Source: Auanema rhodensis
Taxonomy: Eukaryota > Animalia > Nematoda
Reading direction: 5' to 3'
DNA: 64,000 nucleotides
Assembly: GCA_964057225.1 (NCBI GenBank)
Contig: OZ059894.1
Span: 7,192,001 to 7,256,000, forward strand
The translations under genes and the position numbers were made by a program. Positions within the stretch are counted from its first letter, which is position 1; each line of letters begins with the position of its first letter. The notes below the pieces were generated by a model. That model was not told the origin of the DNA. It was given only the letters and a program-made list of their open reading frames with translations, and searched no databases. Below, piece after piece: positions 23,710 to 36,700 of the stretch.

Positions 23710-24243
23710 ATGGCTTATGAAGGTCTATCGGGAATGACTTTTGTCTTGAGGAAGCTGTACGCTGACCTCGTCTTGTATGATCAAGACGAAGTGTTAGCTT
23801 ATAGGCCGCACCCAGACATAATTAAGATGGTTGGTTAAAACAAAGAAACATGTTATCTTAATAAGAATTTTTAGTTTATTGAGGATTTAAAGATGCATTA
23901 TCTGGGAAGGGGATTAGTAAACTTCTCCCTAATGCAGGAAATAGCGGATGAGGTTGCAGCTATCCGGCGATGGTGCCTCACCGACTTGTGCGCGCATTGG
24001 TATGAAAACCCAAATCTGGTCGCATCCCCTTGGAATTGGTATGAGCATAAGTCTCATGATTTTTATGATTATATGTCTAAAATTTTGTTTAAAATTTATT
24101 TATTTTATGAACAGTCTCCTATGGGCTTATTGCTAAGGACCTCTGCGGATTCGGTGTATTCGCAGTATTTAGAGCCTAGCGATGAGCCCATCTCACAGCC
24201 TATAGAATTTGTGAGACAGTTGCATTTTAAATGGGGCTTTTAA
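23710..24243 (+). CDS. Antisense two-exon accessory gene inside the retroelement leader (162 aa, unknown function)
   Basis: Exon 1 23710-23829 (40 codons), 45-nt intron GTTGGT..TTTTTAG, exon 2 23875-24243 in frame, AATAAA at ~24260. Confidence 0.72.
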
Positions 24244-25205
24244 CAATTGTTTCATATATAATAAATACTTAATTTCACTCATTTGTTCTCTCTCTCTTTT
24301 TTTTTTTTTTCCATAACACAAACTTTGGTCGAGCTTATTAATAAAGAAGGAGTGCGTGCGCCTTGGGAAAATGGCTCATGTGCACGTTATTATTAAAAGC
24401 CGTGGGCGATTCTTTTTCGGAATGATTTTGGCATGCTAATGAGATTCCGAGAATATTTAAAAAGATTGCTCATTTTACTAATGGACTGAGACCAAAGCTC
24501 GTTTATAAAACGCAATTTTTTTCTTTAAACCATTCTACTAATTTATAGAATATTACAATATGAATACTACGGTAGGTGTGTGGGAATATCTTATGATGTT
24601 AGCAACAAAAATGAGCTGAGGAAGGTGACACATTCTACGGAGAAGAAAACATCCGTAGCCCATGTGCTTTCGCCAAAATGACCTGACAGGCAATAAAATT
24701 TGTGCCAGGATTTTTCGGACTAGTGTGGTCTATTCTCACAATCAAAAAAAAAATAAAAACCGAATAACGGCTCCCGCAAAAATATTTAGTTAGCATGCTC
24801 TTTTACGCCTGAATTTAACTTTCAAATCTCTAGTCCTGACCACAATAAAATATTAAACTTTGTGCGCTTTCAAAATTTCATTCTAACTCCTCGTTGCCAA
24901 ATAATAATGTAATCAAAATTTCGTTTGGTGAAATTGTCCCCTATTTCGATCCAAACGTCCTCAAAAAAAAATGCAAGAGAAGCGGTGCAGGATACGGTAT
25001 TATAAGGGTGGACACTCAGACGGTTTTATGAGTGGGGACAGCGGGTGAAATTTCAAAATTATGTAGTCCTAGCTCTCTAAAAGAGAGATCCCTTGTACCT
25101 GCACCTTATACAAGTTGGCGCCCTCATTATGTTGCTAACCGTGGAGGAAGTTTTAATTTAGATATCAAAATATGGACTTTTTATGCGAGTTTTTGCGACA
25201 AAAAT

Positions 25206-25226
25206 GAGTTCGAGGTGGAACCTCCA
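25206..25226 (-). other. Primer binding site, tRNA-Gln
   Basis: TGGAGGTTCCACC directly abuts the 5' LTR and is complementary to the tRNA-Gln 3' end GGTGGAACCT-CCA. It is followed by TCGAACTC. Confidence 0.85.
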
Positions 25227-25592
25227 CGTTCCATTATGCTCCTACGTATATTGAACAGACCATTGTAGTCTGCTCAACTACGCGTATAGTATTCCATAAG
25301 TGTAGCGGTATGGAAACAGAGCATAAGGATTACATAAGATAAGGAAATATATAGGTTTATTATACACAATACAATATCATTACAATACATTAACACAAGG
25401 ATAAAGTAAACTACATTTACAAGACAAAGACTAATATATAAGATTAACTAAGTTAGATGCAAACCGTCCATGGGCTTGCAAAGGGGCGAACTCCCGAATA
25501 GGGGCATGAGGGAAGGCGGTGCCATTCCTCATTCCTCTAGTCGGTCTGGCTCTAACCCTGCAGTTACATATATAGAGTCTCCGAATGGAACG
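25227..25592 (-). repeat. 5' LTR (366 bp)
   Basis: Identical by eye to 13518-13883. Confidence 0.96.
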
Positions 25593-26716
25593 AAACAGCA
25601 TCCAAATAAGGCATATCATGAATAACCTCAAACGTTAATCCCTGAAGCATATTATTTTAATAACAATTGATCATAATTCAAACAACATGATATATGGATT
25701 AACACTAACCTTTGTAGCTTTGGCTTCTTCAATTTCTTCATAGAGCTTTTCCTGTATTTCAGGATGTTTAGCTAATAAATATGATGTATATCCCAAGGCT
25801 GTACTTGTTGTTTCATACCCAGCCAGAAGAAAGGCATAGCAATTGCTTACAACTTGTTCTTTTGTCATTTCCTGTAATAATTTTTCATTAAACACTATAC
25901 TTTTCTATCTTTTTAATACTCCTGAAATTATCTTATTCTATTATTTGATTAGTATTGTACTGTTTTTGTCATTTTGTTTTGGGGAAATTTGATTTATGAT
26001 CGCGATTTATTCCATGTTTCAAACGAAATTGGTGAATCTCTTCGAACTGTGAAAGATGTGTTCACTTCTTCCTCACTGTGACCGAGCACAATCACACATT
26101 TGCCCCAATTGAACTATACGCACGCAACGCAACACGCAAACGCGTTAAAATAGAGTGAAAAGGGGAGACGCAGAGCAGGGTGAGAGACCACCAACATCGC
26201 ATTGTTCTTCAATTAACTCATTAACTTTAATGAATAGAGAACAGCCTTCCTTTTCTTCTGTAGTTTGCGTTGAGTTGACTTAGGCTTAAGATTATAATTA
26301 ATGCTTAGGATTAAAACTAGAATTGGGTTAACATGTAATTTTTATTTACTTTTTTGATTTTTGATAACAGCTTATATCATCTAAAATTTTAAAGAAAATG
26401 TTTTCTCCAGGGTCCCGATAAGAGAAAACAACGAAACCAATCTTTCCATGTCCGAAGATATGTAAGAATTTGTAAAAATCACAACTATTTATCTACACGT
26501 TTTCTCATTTACGTGTTATTCAAATTGGAAAATGTGGTGGCAGCAAATGCAGAAGAGCCACGGTTTGCTCTACCCTTTACCCCAACACAGCAACTCTTCA
26601 ACACTTTCTTTTTCTATTGTGTTTTCAGAGAACTTCCCCCCCCCCTTATAACTCTAATAATAAATAGTCTTATAATAATCCTTATAATTTACTAATTAAT
26701 ATCTGTTTAAGGGTAA

Positions 26717-27431
26717 ATGAATCAAGCAACTGCTGAGTCATTTGAACGAATTCTGTACACAACGTCCGACCCCAGTCAACAGTGCACAGATGCGCTTTTG
26801 CCATCGATTCCGCGCATGCTGTCACATACCGACATGGGCAACATTCGACGCTGGTCATGCACGAAAAGCTGCATCTGTTCAACGTTGTTGATCAATCACT
26901 GAAATTCGAGGTTTTCTTTTTCCAGTATGCTAAATTTAAGCTGTTTTTAAGGCAGTGATTCTTGCACTATCGGATGTACACGACATCCTTGTCTTCCAAC
27001 TGACAAATGCAACCTTTCCATGCTACCCTGCTAACTCTGGTGCCTTGTATCGAGGAAAGGAATACTGGCAGATCGGAGTTTCCACGCGTAGGGAACCAAC
27101 CTGGAAGAACGGATATGTTTCAGACCAACTGAGTATGTCTGAATTCTCAACTTTACAAAATGGAGATTCCGGATCTGCTATCCTTGATAACTGCGGCCGC
27201 TTCCTTGGGGTGTCCGTCGGCAAAAAGACGTTCTGCTTTGTGGACAAGGAGAGGATGCCCATGTCCGAGGTGGCAGATCATTTTGCAGACACGCGAATAA
27301 TTTCCTCGGAATCGATTTTTGTCATTGCGGGAATTATCGACGATGAAGTAAGTTGATTTAGTTAGGGACTTGGTTAAATTATTATGTTTCAGTTCCAACC
27401 GCCCAAACAAAAACTTCCTTCTCTGGAGTGA
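26717..27431 (+). pseudogene. Trypsin-like serine protease gene nested antisense in a P450 intron, with a 1-bp frameshift
   Basis: Exons 26717-26910, 26952-27347, 27393-27431. Catalytic-like motifs AVTYRHG, VHDILVF and GDSGSAILDNCGRFLGV. Frame change near 26790. AATAAA at ~27514. Confidence 0.72.
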
Positions 27432-27586
27432 AAAACGTTTCTCTTTCTCATGAATCTATTTTCTATCAAATTCGTTTCAATTGATCTTGTTCTTCGTTTT
27501 CTCAAGAAATAGCAATAAATCATGTATGGATTCACTGTTTTGCAAATATATAACATTAATTTTATTCAAATTTATTAGCGATTTAT

Positions 27587-27781
27587 TAGCGCAATTTTTC
27601 GACCATTTCGACCACCGGATTTTGACCACATTTTTAAGGTAGCGCATTTTGACCTTTTTACCATTTTTGAAAATTGTCTAAAATGACAAATTTTTGAAAA
27701 GTTGAGACACAAAATCAAAGAAAAATAATCCTTAAAATGGCTTAAAATGCGAAAATTGAGGATGGGCGAAAAGGTGCGCTA
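27587..27781. mobile_element. Possible MITE, ~195 bp
   Basis: 27587-27606 and the reverse complement of 27762-27781 match at 17/20, with TA at both ends. Confidence 0.35.
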
Positions 27782-30700
27782 GAACAGCAAAATACCTATT
27801 ATTTATAGCCTTAAACATGTTCCTCATGTTTTGTCTATTTGAAATCTTCTCGGAAATTTTAATTATTTTCCTACTCTTCAGCTTTTTGCTCATTTCAGAA
27901 CATTAATTTGAAAAAAAAAAGAAAAGTTTTTATATTAACCTTGCCTGGAATGTCTGCTTTTTTAAGCAAAAGCTGCAATATATCAACACTGTCAGTATTT
28001 TCGCCATTTTTTCTTCCATCATACCTGAAATTTGACATTTTTTTAAACTTCATTTGAAAATTGAATTAATATTAATATTGATTATTATTATGATTATTAT
28101 GATTATTATTATTATTATTAAAGTTAATAAAAAAACCGAAAGATTTCTTAAAAACTATATAAAACTGAGATTAATGTTGTGTCACTTACATATTCAGAAA
28201 AGATATTACTTAGCTTTAGAAATAAAGAATATTCTTAGAACTTTATGTTATGAAATACATACATATATCCATATGTACATGCATATCCTATCATTGCTCA
28301 TTTCATTTATTAAATTGGTTGACAACTCGTGATGATCTCCATATCTATCTACATAACTCTCCATTTTCTCTTTTTTTCACTGTTTCTCTTTCTATCTCTA
28401 CATTTCTTATTTTCTATCTCACTCACTCTTTTTCTATTTGATACTTTTAATCAAAAAAAGATACAATACTAAATTCCACGAATATGTGTCAACTTACACT
28501 TGGCTCAGGCCATCCACCAGAATATTTTCTATTTTCGACAGATTAGACATAGGATAGAACCATTTCCACAACCAAGATAATTCCGGGAAGAGAACTGAAA
28601 TAAAAATATTTTTTTTTTAATTTTCAATTTACTTTTATGCATTTCTTGCTGAAAAATATTTCCTTTTTTTCTGCATTTTCTTCTTTTTTTCAAGAAAAGT
28701 TTATGTGTATATCTGCCATCCGGCAACATATCCGTTATGATGATCTATGTAATTAACCGGAAGCATTATCATTTAAAAAACTATATTTGTTTCATCAACA
28801 TGATATATAAATGATGATATCTTTGATCTTAATTTGCTTAGAAATCAAAAATATGTAATGACAAACTCTTTTCAAAATATTAAATTTCTCAACAAAAAAA
28901 AACATATTTTACCTACTTTCAATTCTATGTTTAATTGTATTTATTAGCAATTTCGTTGTACAAATTATACATATGTATATGTGTAAAATATTACTTTTGA
29001 TTGTTAAGGAAAATTTTATCAATCGCTAACTGTATTTCCCATAATAAAAAGGAAGTTAAGCTCTTAAAAGGGTTTTTGATAAAAAATTGAAAAATCATGT
29101 GAAGCTTCTGTCTGCTGTATTTCTCTGTTTCATGCCTCACTAGATTAACTTTGAGTTTGACAAGTTGAAGGAGATGATTCAACATATAATAGATGCATAT
29201 GTATGTGACTGCTTAAATCACTTCATGTGAATCATGTGAACAGTTTTATGAAAAAAAATTAGAATAAAAGTCACATCATTGAAGTTGTGAGTAAAAGATA
29301 AACAATACTTGTTTGGGCTTTTTTCGCTAAGAAATTGAATAAAAATATTTCTAAATTTCCAATTAAATAAAAATATTTCTATTTCTACCTATTGTTCACA
29401 AAAAAATTTCTGATAAAAGATGGCTGAAATTTTGTTAAAACTTTTTTTTTATTTTGGTGTCTAAATTAATTTCATGTGCATATATACACATATGAATACC
29501 AAATTTCATTAAATTTACTTTGACAATTAGAAAATATGCCTGAAATATTTAGAAAAAATATGCTTTTTCATCATATTATCTATAAATCAGTTGGCTCACG
29601 TCTCTGTTCACGCATAAAATTTTCTAGTTTTGAGACAGCTGTATTTCCACAGAAGGCTTCGCAGAATGCGGTTGTTGTTTATTATTAGTCAAGAGAAAAA
29701 TATTTTTTTACAAAAAAAAACTACGTTTCTCATTTTCTCATTACTGCTTCTCACAATAATTTTTGATATATATTTTTTCGTATTAATTCATATACATATT
29801 TTTATAAATAAAAATAAAATTTACTTGAAGCCGGTACAATCAGATTTTCCTTCACATCAAATTCACGAAATATTTTTCTTGCATTCTGGTAGAATATCTG
29901 AAAATTGAGTTCTAAAAACAAAAATGAACACTTAACTTCATTTTTACTTTTTTTAAATTTTTTTCAATGAATGTCATGCACTGAGTGAATTGATCTTTGC
30001 TATACGGAACATATTAGGTTTTCAGACTCGAAAGGAGTAAAAGCTCCCTATCGCATTTAGAAAATCTATTGGTTTTTCTAGTTAAGATGGCCAATATATA
30101 TAATTTAAATATAAAATTAAGATAAATTTTTTTTATAATTTAACCTGTTAACCAACCTCATTTCTATCTAATTGGCAGTTACTTTCAATAGCAAAAGCGC
30201 ACTTTCCAATAACATCCAATGTAAGAGCTTGAAAATCACTGAAAAAATAAACTTTAAGCAATGTATTATAATAAAACGTCGTAAATATATTATTTATAAT
30301 ATTTTGTTAAAAATTATATATTTTGATTTATTTCCCTCTCTTTTTGCTTCTTTAAATTGTAACTACTAAATATTGGAAATTTATTGTCATCTGTCACTTT
30401 TGAAGTTCAAGTAATGCTAGAGACAGAAATATAGATCATCTACAATAGCTGAAAATCGCCATTAATCAGACATATTAGCTTTTTTCCAGACAACAACAAG
30501 TCTTTTAAATCCAATGCATCTTTTGGATTTCTTAAAACGAAAATTCTTGTCGTTCATTTCTTTAGGGCCGAACCCATAAAAGATTGAAAACATCAGGTTG
30601 TAAGTCAGAAATGCTGATTCAGCAGACATGCTTTTCCTCCTCCTTCTGCTTTCACGCACTTTTCTGTCACATTGTCTTTATATCGTCAAAATTATTTTGT

Positions 30701-33700
30701 TAAAATATATATAAATTAAAAATATGTTGCAGAAATTGACTTGGTTTGACATTTAAAAGGGAATAAGCTAGAAAAAGAAGGAGAACAACAACAGCTACAA
30801 CTGAGTTTGAAGACGTCAAGAAGTCAACATGACATCCATGCAACGTTTAAAAATGGTGATTTGTTTTTCATTTACAAGTTTCAAATATTCTTCAAAATAT
30901 CACAAAACTACATTACATTTGATTATGTCTAAATGAACACATCAATGTCGAAATAAGGTATGTGGTAATCATACGATAGAGAAAAGTATCCAAAAATGAA
31001 ATAAAAAAATAAAAGAAAAACATACTCATAGATGTTGAAAGGTTTGCCTTCACTCGATTTCTTTTCAATGATCTCCATAAATATATCAATTTTATCTTTC
31101 ACCGTTTCATACATCATTCTCATTTTACCTTAAAAACAATTATTTTATTGAGTTCATTCAAAAGAGATTAGTAGTCTCTTCAACTAACCTGTCGAGAATT
31201 GAGGTGACATTGCACTTCGAACTTCCTTCCATCCACTGTTTTTGGTTATTTGGACCAAAGCAGTACGTAATCCTACAACATAGTTTCAACATTGAAGTTA
31301 TTTCATACATATTTGGAATAAACAGAATCATTTCACTAACCATTTTCCCAGAAAACTGGTGGTACACATCGATCTCCAAATTTCGAAAACTGTTTAATAA
31401 AAATTTCTTTTGTAAATTCTTCATCAATTGATAAAATTTCTAGTTTAGGTCCCATATAAATTCTAAAATTTGTTTTAAATAAAAGAAAAATATTCAAAAA
31501 CAACAAATTTTACCCATAAGTTTTTCCATATGTTTTATGTAAAGCCATTAGATCAAGATAACTGTCATCGTATCCTTTTGTTTTAGCTTTATTTATAAAC
31601 ATATCAATATTTCCAAAAATAAAATGTGACTTGGGGCCTTTAAGACCAAGTTCTTCACGCAATGCAAAGTTCTTTTTCCTTGTCCTGAAATTTCAAATAC
31701 TCATTAAATGATCTGTTCTATTATTTGTATATGATATGAGCTACAAAATGTTTTAAACTATATAGTTTTCACTTTTTTTCAAGATTTAAATGTCTATAGA
31801 ATGATATTCATGAAGACAATTGAAAATGAAAGATAATCTGTTTATCCATTAGATTACTTCATTGTTCTTTTATATAAAGTATAAGTAAGTATACAAGTAT
31901 TGAAAATGACAAACTTATCATAGACGTTTATGATCTCTTTTCTATATTCTTACAATGTTTAAATTTTTTATTATAAGCTTTTTCGTATAATATACCTCAT
32001 GAAAATATAATTAATAATAGTGAAATATTAAAAAAATTAATGTGATGTATTCATGTTCAAATAAAGATCTACTACGTAGCTCTTGTAACTTACCTCAGCA
32101 TTAATTATAAACTATTGTTTTATTAAAAAATTTAATCGTGTTCATTGAAACTAATACTTAGACAGGTTCCATTCTAGCTATATTTTTATTTGAATTCATT
32201 ATTTTAGCGCATTTATTCTGATATCAATAGATCCTGGTTTCTGTCTCTTTTAAAACTTTAAAAGTTTATAATAAGGTTATCTAAATTCATTTTTGAAGTT
32301 CGAAAACGAAAGGAAGCAATGTAATGCCTCTTTGCTCATGTATAATTAAGCTTTTCAAAATTTGCTTAACACTGAGCTCCGTTATGCATATATGTGAAGT
32401 CAGAACACTTGTTCTGCTAACCATCTCTTCATCCATCTCTTCATTCCGAACACATCAAATGATGGTCGGATGCTTTCAATTTATTATGAAACATGCTGTC
32501 CACGTGGCTACGTTTCCGAGCAAATTCTTATTTATTTATTTTTGTTTACCTATCTCTTTGCATCTTCTCTCATTCATGTCGCGTCACTTCCACGCTCCAG
32601 AGTAACTGAAGTCTCAAAGAAATTTCAAGCTTTCAAGCTTAGACCGACATCAATCTCTACTAAAATTCTTTTCACTTTTATAAAGTAGATTTACACTTAA
32701 ACATATGTAAAAACAACTATTTCTCTTTATGGTAGAGCATCACACTATATTTATTGTTCTTATGTCTACCTCATGTAATGTCCTTTTCAATAAATCAACT
32801 CTCTCTCTCTATCCTTCCTCTCTCTCTCTCTCGCCCCCTTTCTCTTTCTCTCTCTCTCTCTTTTTTCTTTCTCTCTCTCTTTCTCTGTCCCTTGTAACAT
32901 ACATCTATCATCTCTTTTCTGGTCGCATTTTTACTTTCTTGCCTTCTTTTTTGTTTTCTATTTTTGGATAAAGATTTATAAAATATTGCTCTTTAATTTT
33001 GATAACAAGTTTGTACTTATTTTAATTCATGGAAATTTTTTTTTCATGTTATATATATCACAATATAGCATCTTAGAACTCCTTCACCCACAACCTTCCA
33101 ACTTTGGCAATAAAATTATAAATGTGCATAATACAACATCACTTTAATTGTCTAGTTCTGCACAATTTTTCTTTCAAAATACAGATTATGTACGTTCAAT
33201 ATCTTTCCATCTATGGACATCAATTATACAAAAACAATTGAACAAAATAAATTTTTCACTCTAACGATTTGAAAAGAGCCCGGAAAATCCGTCAAGCTTC
33301 ATGGCGTTAGATGTCTTCAAGCTCTTAAACTGTTCGAGCTTTTCTTAATTTCATGCATGTGCATGCTCTCAAACTATGAAGACGTAGTTCTATAGCTACA
33401 AAGCTTGTTTCAATCTTCAATATATTTCCATTTCATATGAAATATAGTTTCTTAGAAGACAACAAGGCGTTGTTAGGTTTGATACGACCTTTAGCCTAGT
33501 GCCGGTTTTCATATTTTGCGTTTCTCATAAAGTTCATTTCGGCTTGTATATACAAAGGATTTACGTCAAACGCCTTCTTCCACTTTTCCTGCCTCTCAAG
33601 CAGATTCTGAAGATCTTAAAAGTCGGTGAATCTTCTTATCTTTGTTAGAGTCAAAGGATATTTCATTGTTTTCTACTAAAACTTTGAAAAAACCTTGGTC

Positions 33701-36700
33701 CTTACTCTTCCTTCTCCCCTCCCTCCTCCCTTCTCGCCACTTAAGCTTTGTGGCTAATAGAAGCATTCGCTTGAATTTCCAACTTTGTGTGATTTTCCAG
33801 CCTTAGTCGCCCAGACATTTTCAATTTTAACAAATATACTGTTTTATCTTTGTAACATAATATTTAATCAATTATTGCAACTATATATTAATTTCCCCTG
33901 TACAGTATCTTCAAAAACGTTTGAAAGGTTGGACAATAATTGATTTTCAAAATTAAAATTCAATCTTATTAGAAACGCTTATAAGATAGAGAGAGCTAGA
34001 AATAAAAGACAAAAAAGGAACATAATGCTTTTTACGGATAAAAAGAATGCTGTAATAGAATGGTGAAGAGCTTCAATAAACCAAACTGAAGAGTTCAAAA
34101 TGTCCCAAATTTAGAGTACAATATGTAAAAGTTCAAATCATTTTTCAAAAAAAATCAGAACTGGTCTTATTCAAATTTGTAACTTCTACTTTGTATTCGA
34201 AAACGAAAAGCATATACGAATAAATGAGAGTTGTAAAAAAAAACAAATAAAGATCTTAAATAGATAATTTTTTTAAATTTTTTCCTTTTCCCGAAACACA
34301 TTTGTCAATATTTTGGTCTTATATCTCGATTCATACACATCTATACATATGTACATAGTTATGCTTTCACTGCTGTTCCTTGATCATGAAATTCTATTAT
34401 TTTATGAAAAAAAGAGAGAATAAAGATTAGAAAACAGCATGTTCTTTGTCTATAACTAAACATTGTCATTCAAGTTCAATATATTCTTTTTCATCTCAGG
34501 ATTCCATAGAAGCCTAAGATATCAAGTTTCTTCTGAACTTTGAGTTATAATGTTAGAAGAAAAAATAAAATAAAGAAAAGAATTATTAAAAATGAATGAA
34601 ACACTCAGATTGATGTAAACAGATTTCTTAATTACTATATATTCTAATCATTTTTTTTTCTAATTTGAAAATGAGAAGGTTGTTTTGTGGTTTTGTTTCT
34701 ATCTGGATTAATGTTTGATTTAAAAAATGGACCCGGGATGTCCATTTTTTAAATCAAAATTGGACTGTATTTGGTCATATACTCCAGGTATGATTATAGA
34801 AATGTCTATCTCTTTAGTAGTTTTGAACTCTTTTTCTCGTTTACGTAGAGGTTTGAGAACTTAGTTGTCACACTTATATAGTTCACGTGATATTCACGTG
34901 AAAAAATTATTTTAAGTATTTCAAGAGCGCAAAACGGTTGTCTACTTTTAAATTCTTCTTTCATTCATCTTCTCTCTGTACTTTCCCTTTTTCTTCTTTC
35001 CTCACTTGTCATCTTGTCTCTTCATTTTTTCATAATATAATATCTTCAACCCAATGTTACAACTCGGTGTTTATACATAAAAGTTGTTGAATTTTACATC
35101 ATTATTCGAGGATAATTTTGCTTGTCTTTCCTTGTCAATTTGTTTTTTTCATCTTCCTTTATTACTATTTCCTATCTGAATTTTTGTTTTATTCTCTTTC
35201 TCATTCTCTCATAAGTTATTTACTTCAACAAATTACATACATACGTCTCCTGACACTGAAGAATTTATGATCTCAATCATACTCTAGAGCATTATTCCCA
35301 ACTTTCATATTCTAAGTTCAAATCAAACATTTTTTTCTCTCTCTTTAAACAGTCCAATGTCGCTTTTGCTATTTTTATTATTCAAGCTTATAAAGATCCA
35401 GTAAAGTTTAATTATAACTTTCTTGCTTACACAATTGAATCAAAATTTTCTACAACTGTCCTTATAAACTGAATTGGAAAGAGAAAACTACACGAAGAGC
35501 TTCTTTTGCAAGAACTTTTCTTGTTACTTCTAATTGATATAGAAATCTTTGAGTACACACTTCCTCCTTCAAAGCTATTAATAGTCCACTACATTATATA
35601 ACAATACTATTTTTTTTCTGTTTATTCTATTCATATTTTAGAAATTACATAACGAAAATTCTTTTTTTTTTCAAATTTTAAAAATAGAATTAATATTTTT
35701 TGATCATTCATTATATTTTATAAATAATTCTCATAATTTATATTTAAATATCAAATTTCTTCTTCTTTTTCTTTGTTGTTGTTTCATTCAGAACGTATTA
35801 TCCAAACACGTAGTAAGTTAAAGAAAAATCATATTCAAAGAAGAGTTCATTGAAAAATAAGAAATTTACTGTCAATATAAACTCTGAATATTATTTTTCA
35901 TCTATTCTTACGTGTAAAAACATACTACTAGTTATCAAATTTTAGCTTTAAAAAAGCTTTTTTTCTGAAAACTCTGTCCAACCTCACAAATTTTATTCGA
36001 GAGCATTTCACTGAAATATTCAGCTGTTTCTAAGTTTGCAGCATTTTCAGTTCCAGGTTTATGTTAATGGCTTGGAAAAGTTTTTTTTCCATCTCTCTTT
36101 ATGTTGTTGCCAGAAGTTGAAATGTTTTTCTTAGTAATTGAGACTTATGTCCTTAAGCGAGTATATACTCAAGATATTTAATGAACTTCTCTTGAGTAAA
36201 TCGTAATATACATAAGCGTGGGCAACACGTGGAGCTTAAGATTTCAAAGTTGAAATTTCATTACAAGAAGTAAATAGTAGCTCATGCTTAAACTTATTTG
36301 TAACAACATTTTGACAACGATATAAAGATATTCATGAATAATCACAATCAGATTCATACAATCATAAGAATTTTGTAATTCTTATGAGTAAATATGACAT
36401 GAATTTCAATTTTATTCAAGAATATCATGAAAACCCTTTATATCCCTCTCTACTCTCTCTATCCCTCTTTAGTATTTCCTGTTATCTATCTTAAAGAGAC
36501 ATACGTAGCAAATGAGAATGATGTAGAAAAAAATAAAAAGAAAAAAATGTGTTTCGCTGAGAACGAGGAGAGCAAGAGATTGATACATGGAAGTTCATTT
36601 GCAAGCTTATCTCTCATATATGAACATGAATACTTTATAATATTTTGTTCAACATTACAAATAGCTATTAATTGTTTTGTACAGCCAAAAAAAATTCTTT

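Larger units (their letters stand above)
13518..25592 (-). mobile_element. Full-length env-bearing Ty3/gypsy-type LTR retrotransposon (endogenous retrovirus-like), 12,075 bp
   Basis: Two 366-bp LTRs, 4-bp TSD AAAC (13514-13517 and 25593-25596), PBS, PPT, and an intact polyprotein with PR-RT-RH-IN order. Confidence 0.97.
12950..31684 (-). pseudogene. Cytochrome P450, CYP25A-like; this allele is disrupted by an exonic LTR insertion
   Basis: Exons: 31514-31684, 31341-31462, 31189-31272, 31026-31128, 30157-30238, 29825-29897, 28498-28594, 27940-28024, 25710-25871, 25593-25641 plus 13477-13517, 13289-13429, 13086-13239, 12950-13027. Motifs: TLDVIGKCAF, I-helix AGYETTS, K-helix ESLR, PERF, heme PFGLGPRNCVG. 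Resembles C. elegans cyp-25A from recall. Exon 1 is unresolved (~32.0 kb). Confidence 0.9.

Noticed and set aside
24717-24844. Crossed 7-bp complementary pairs suggesting a pseudoknot or IRES
   Set aside because: Loop lengths of 0 and 1 nt are sterically implausible, and the site is far from the ORF.
25900-25921. Possible P450 micro-exon
   Set aside because: In-phase stop; the flanking exons join correctly without it.
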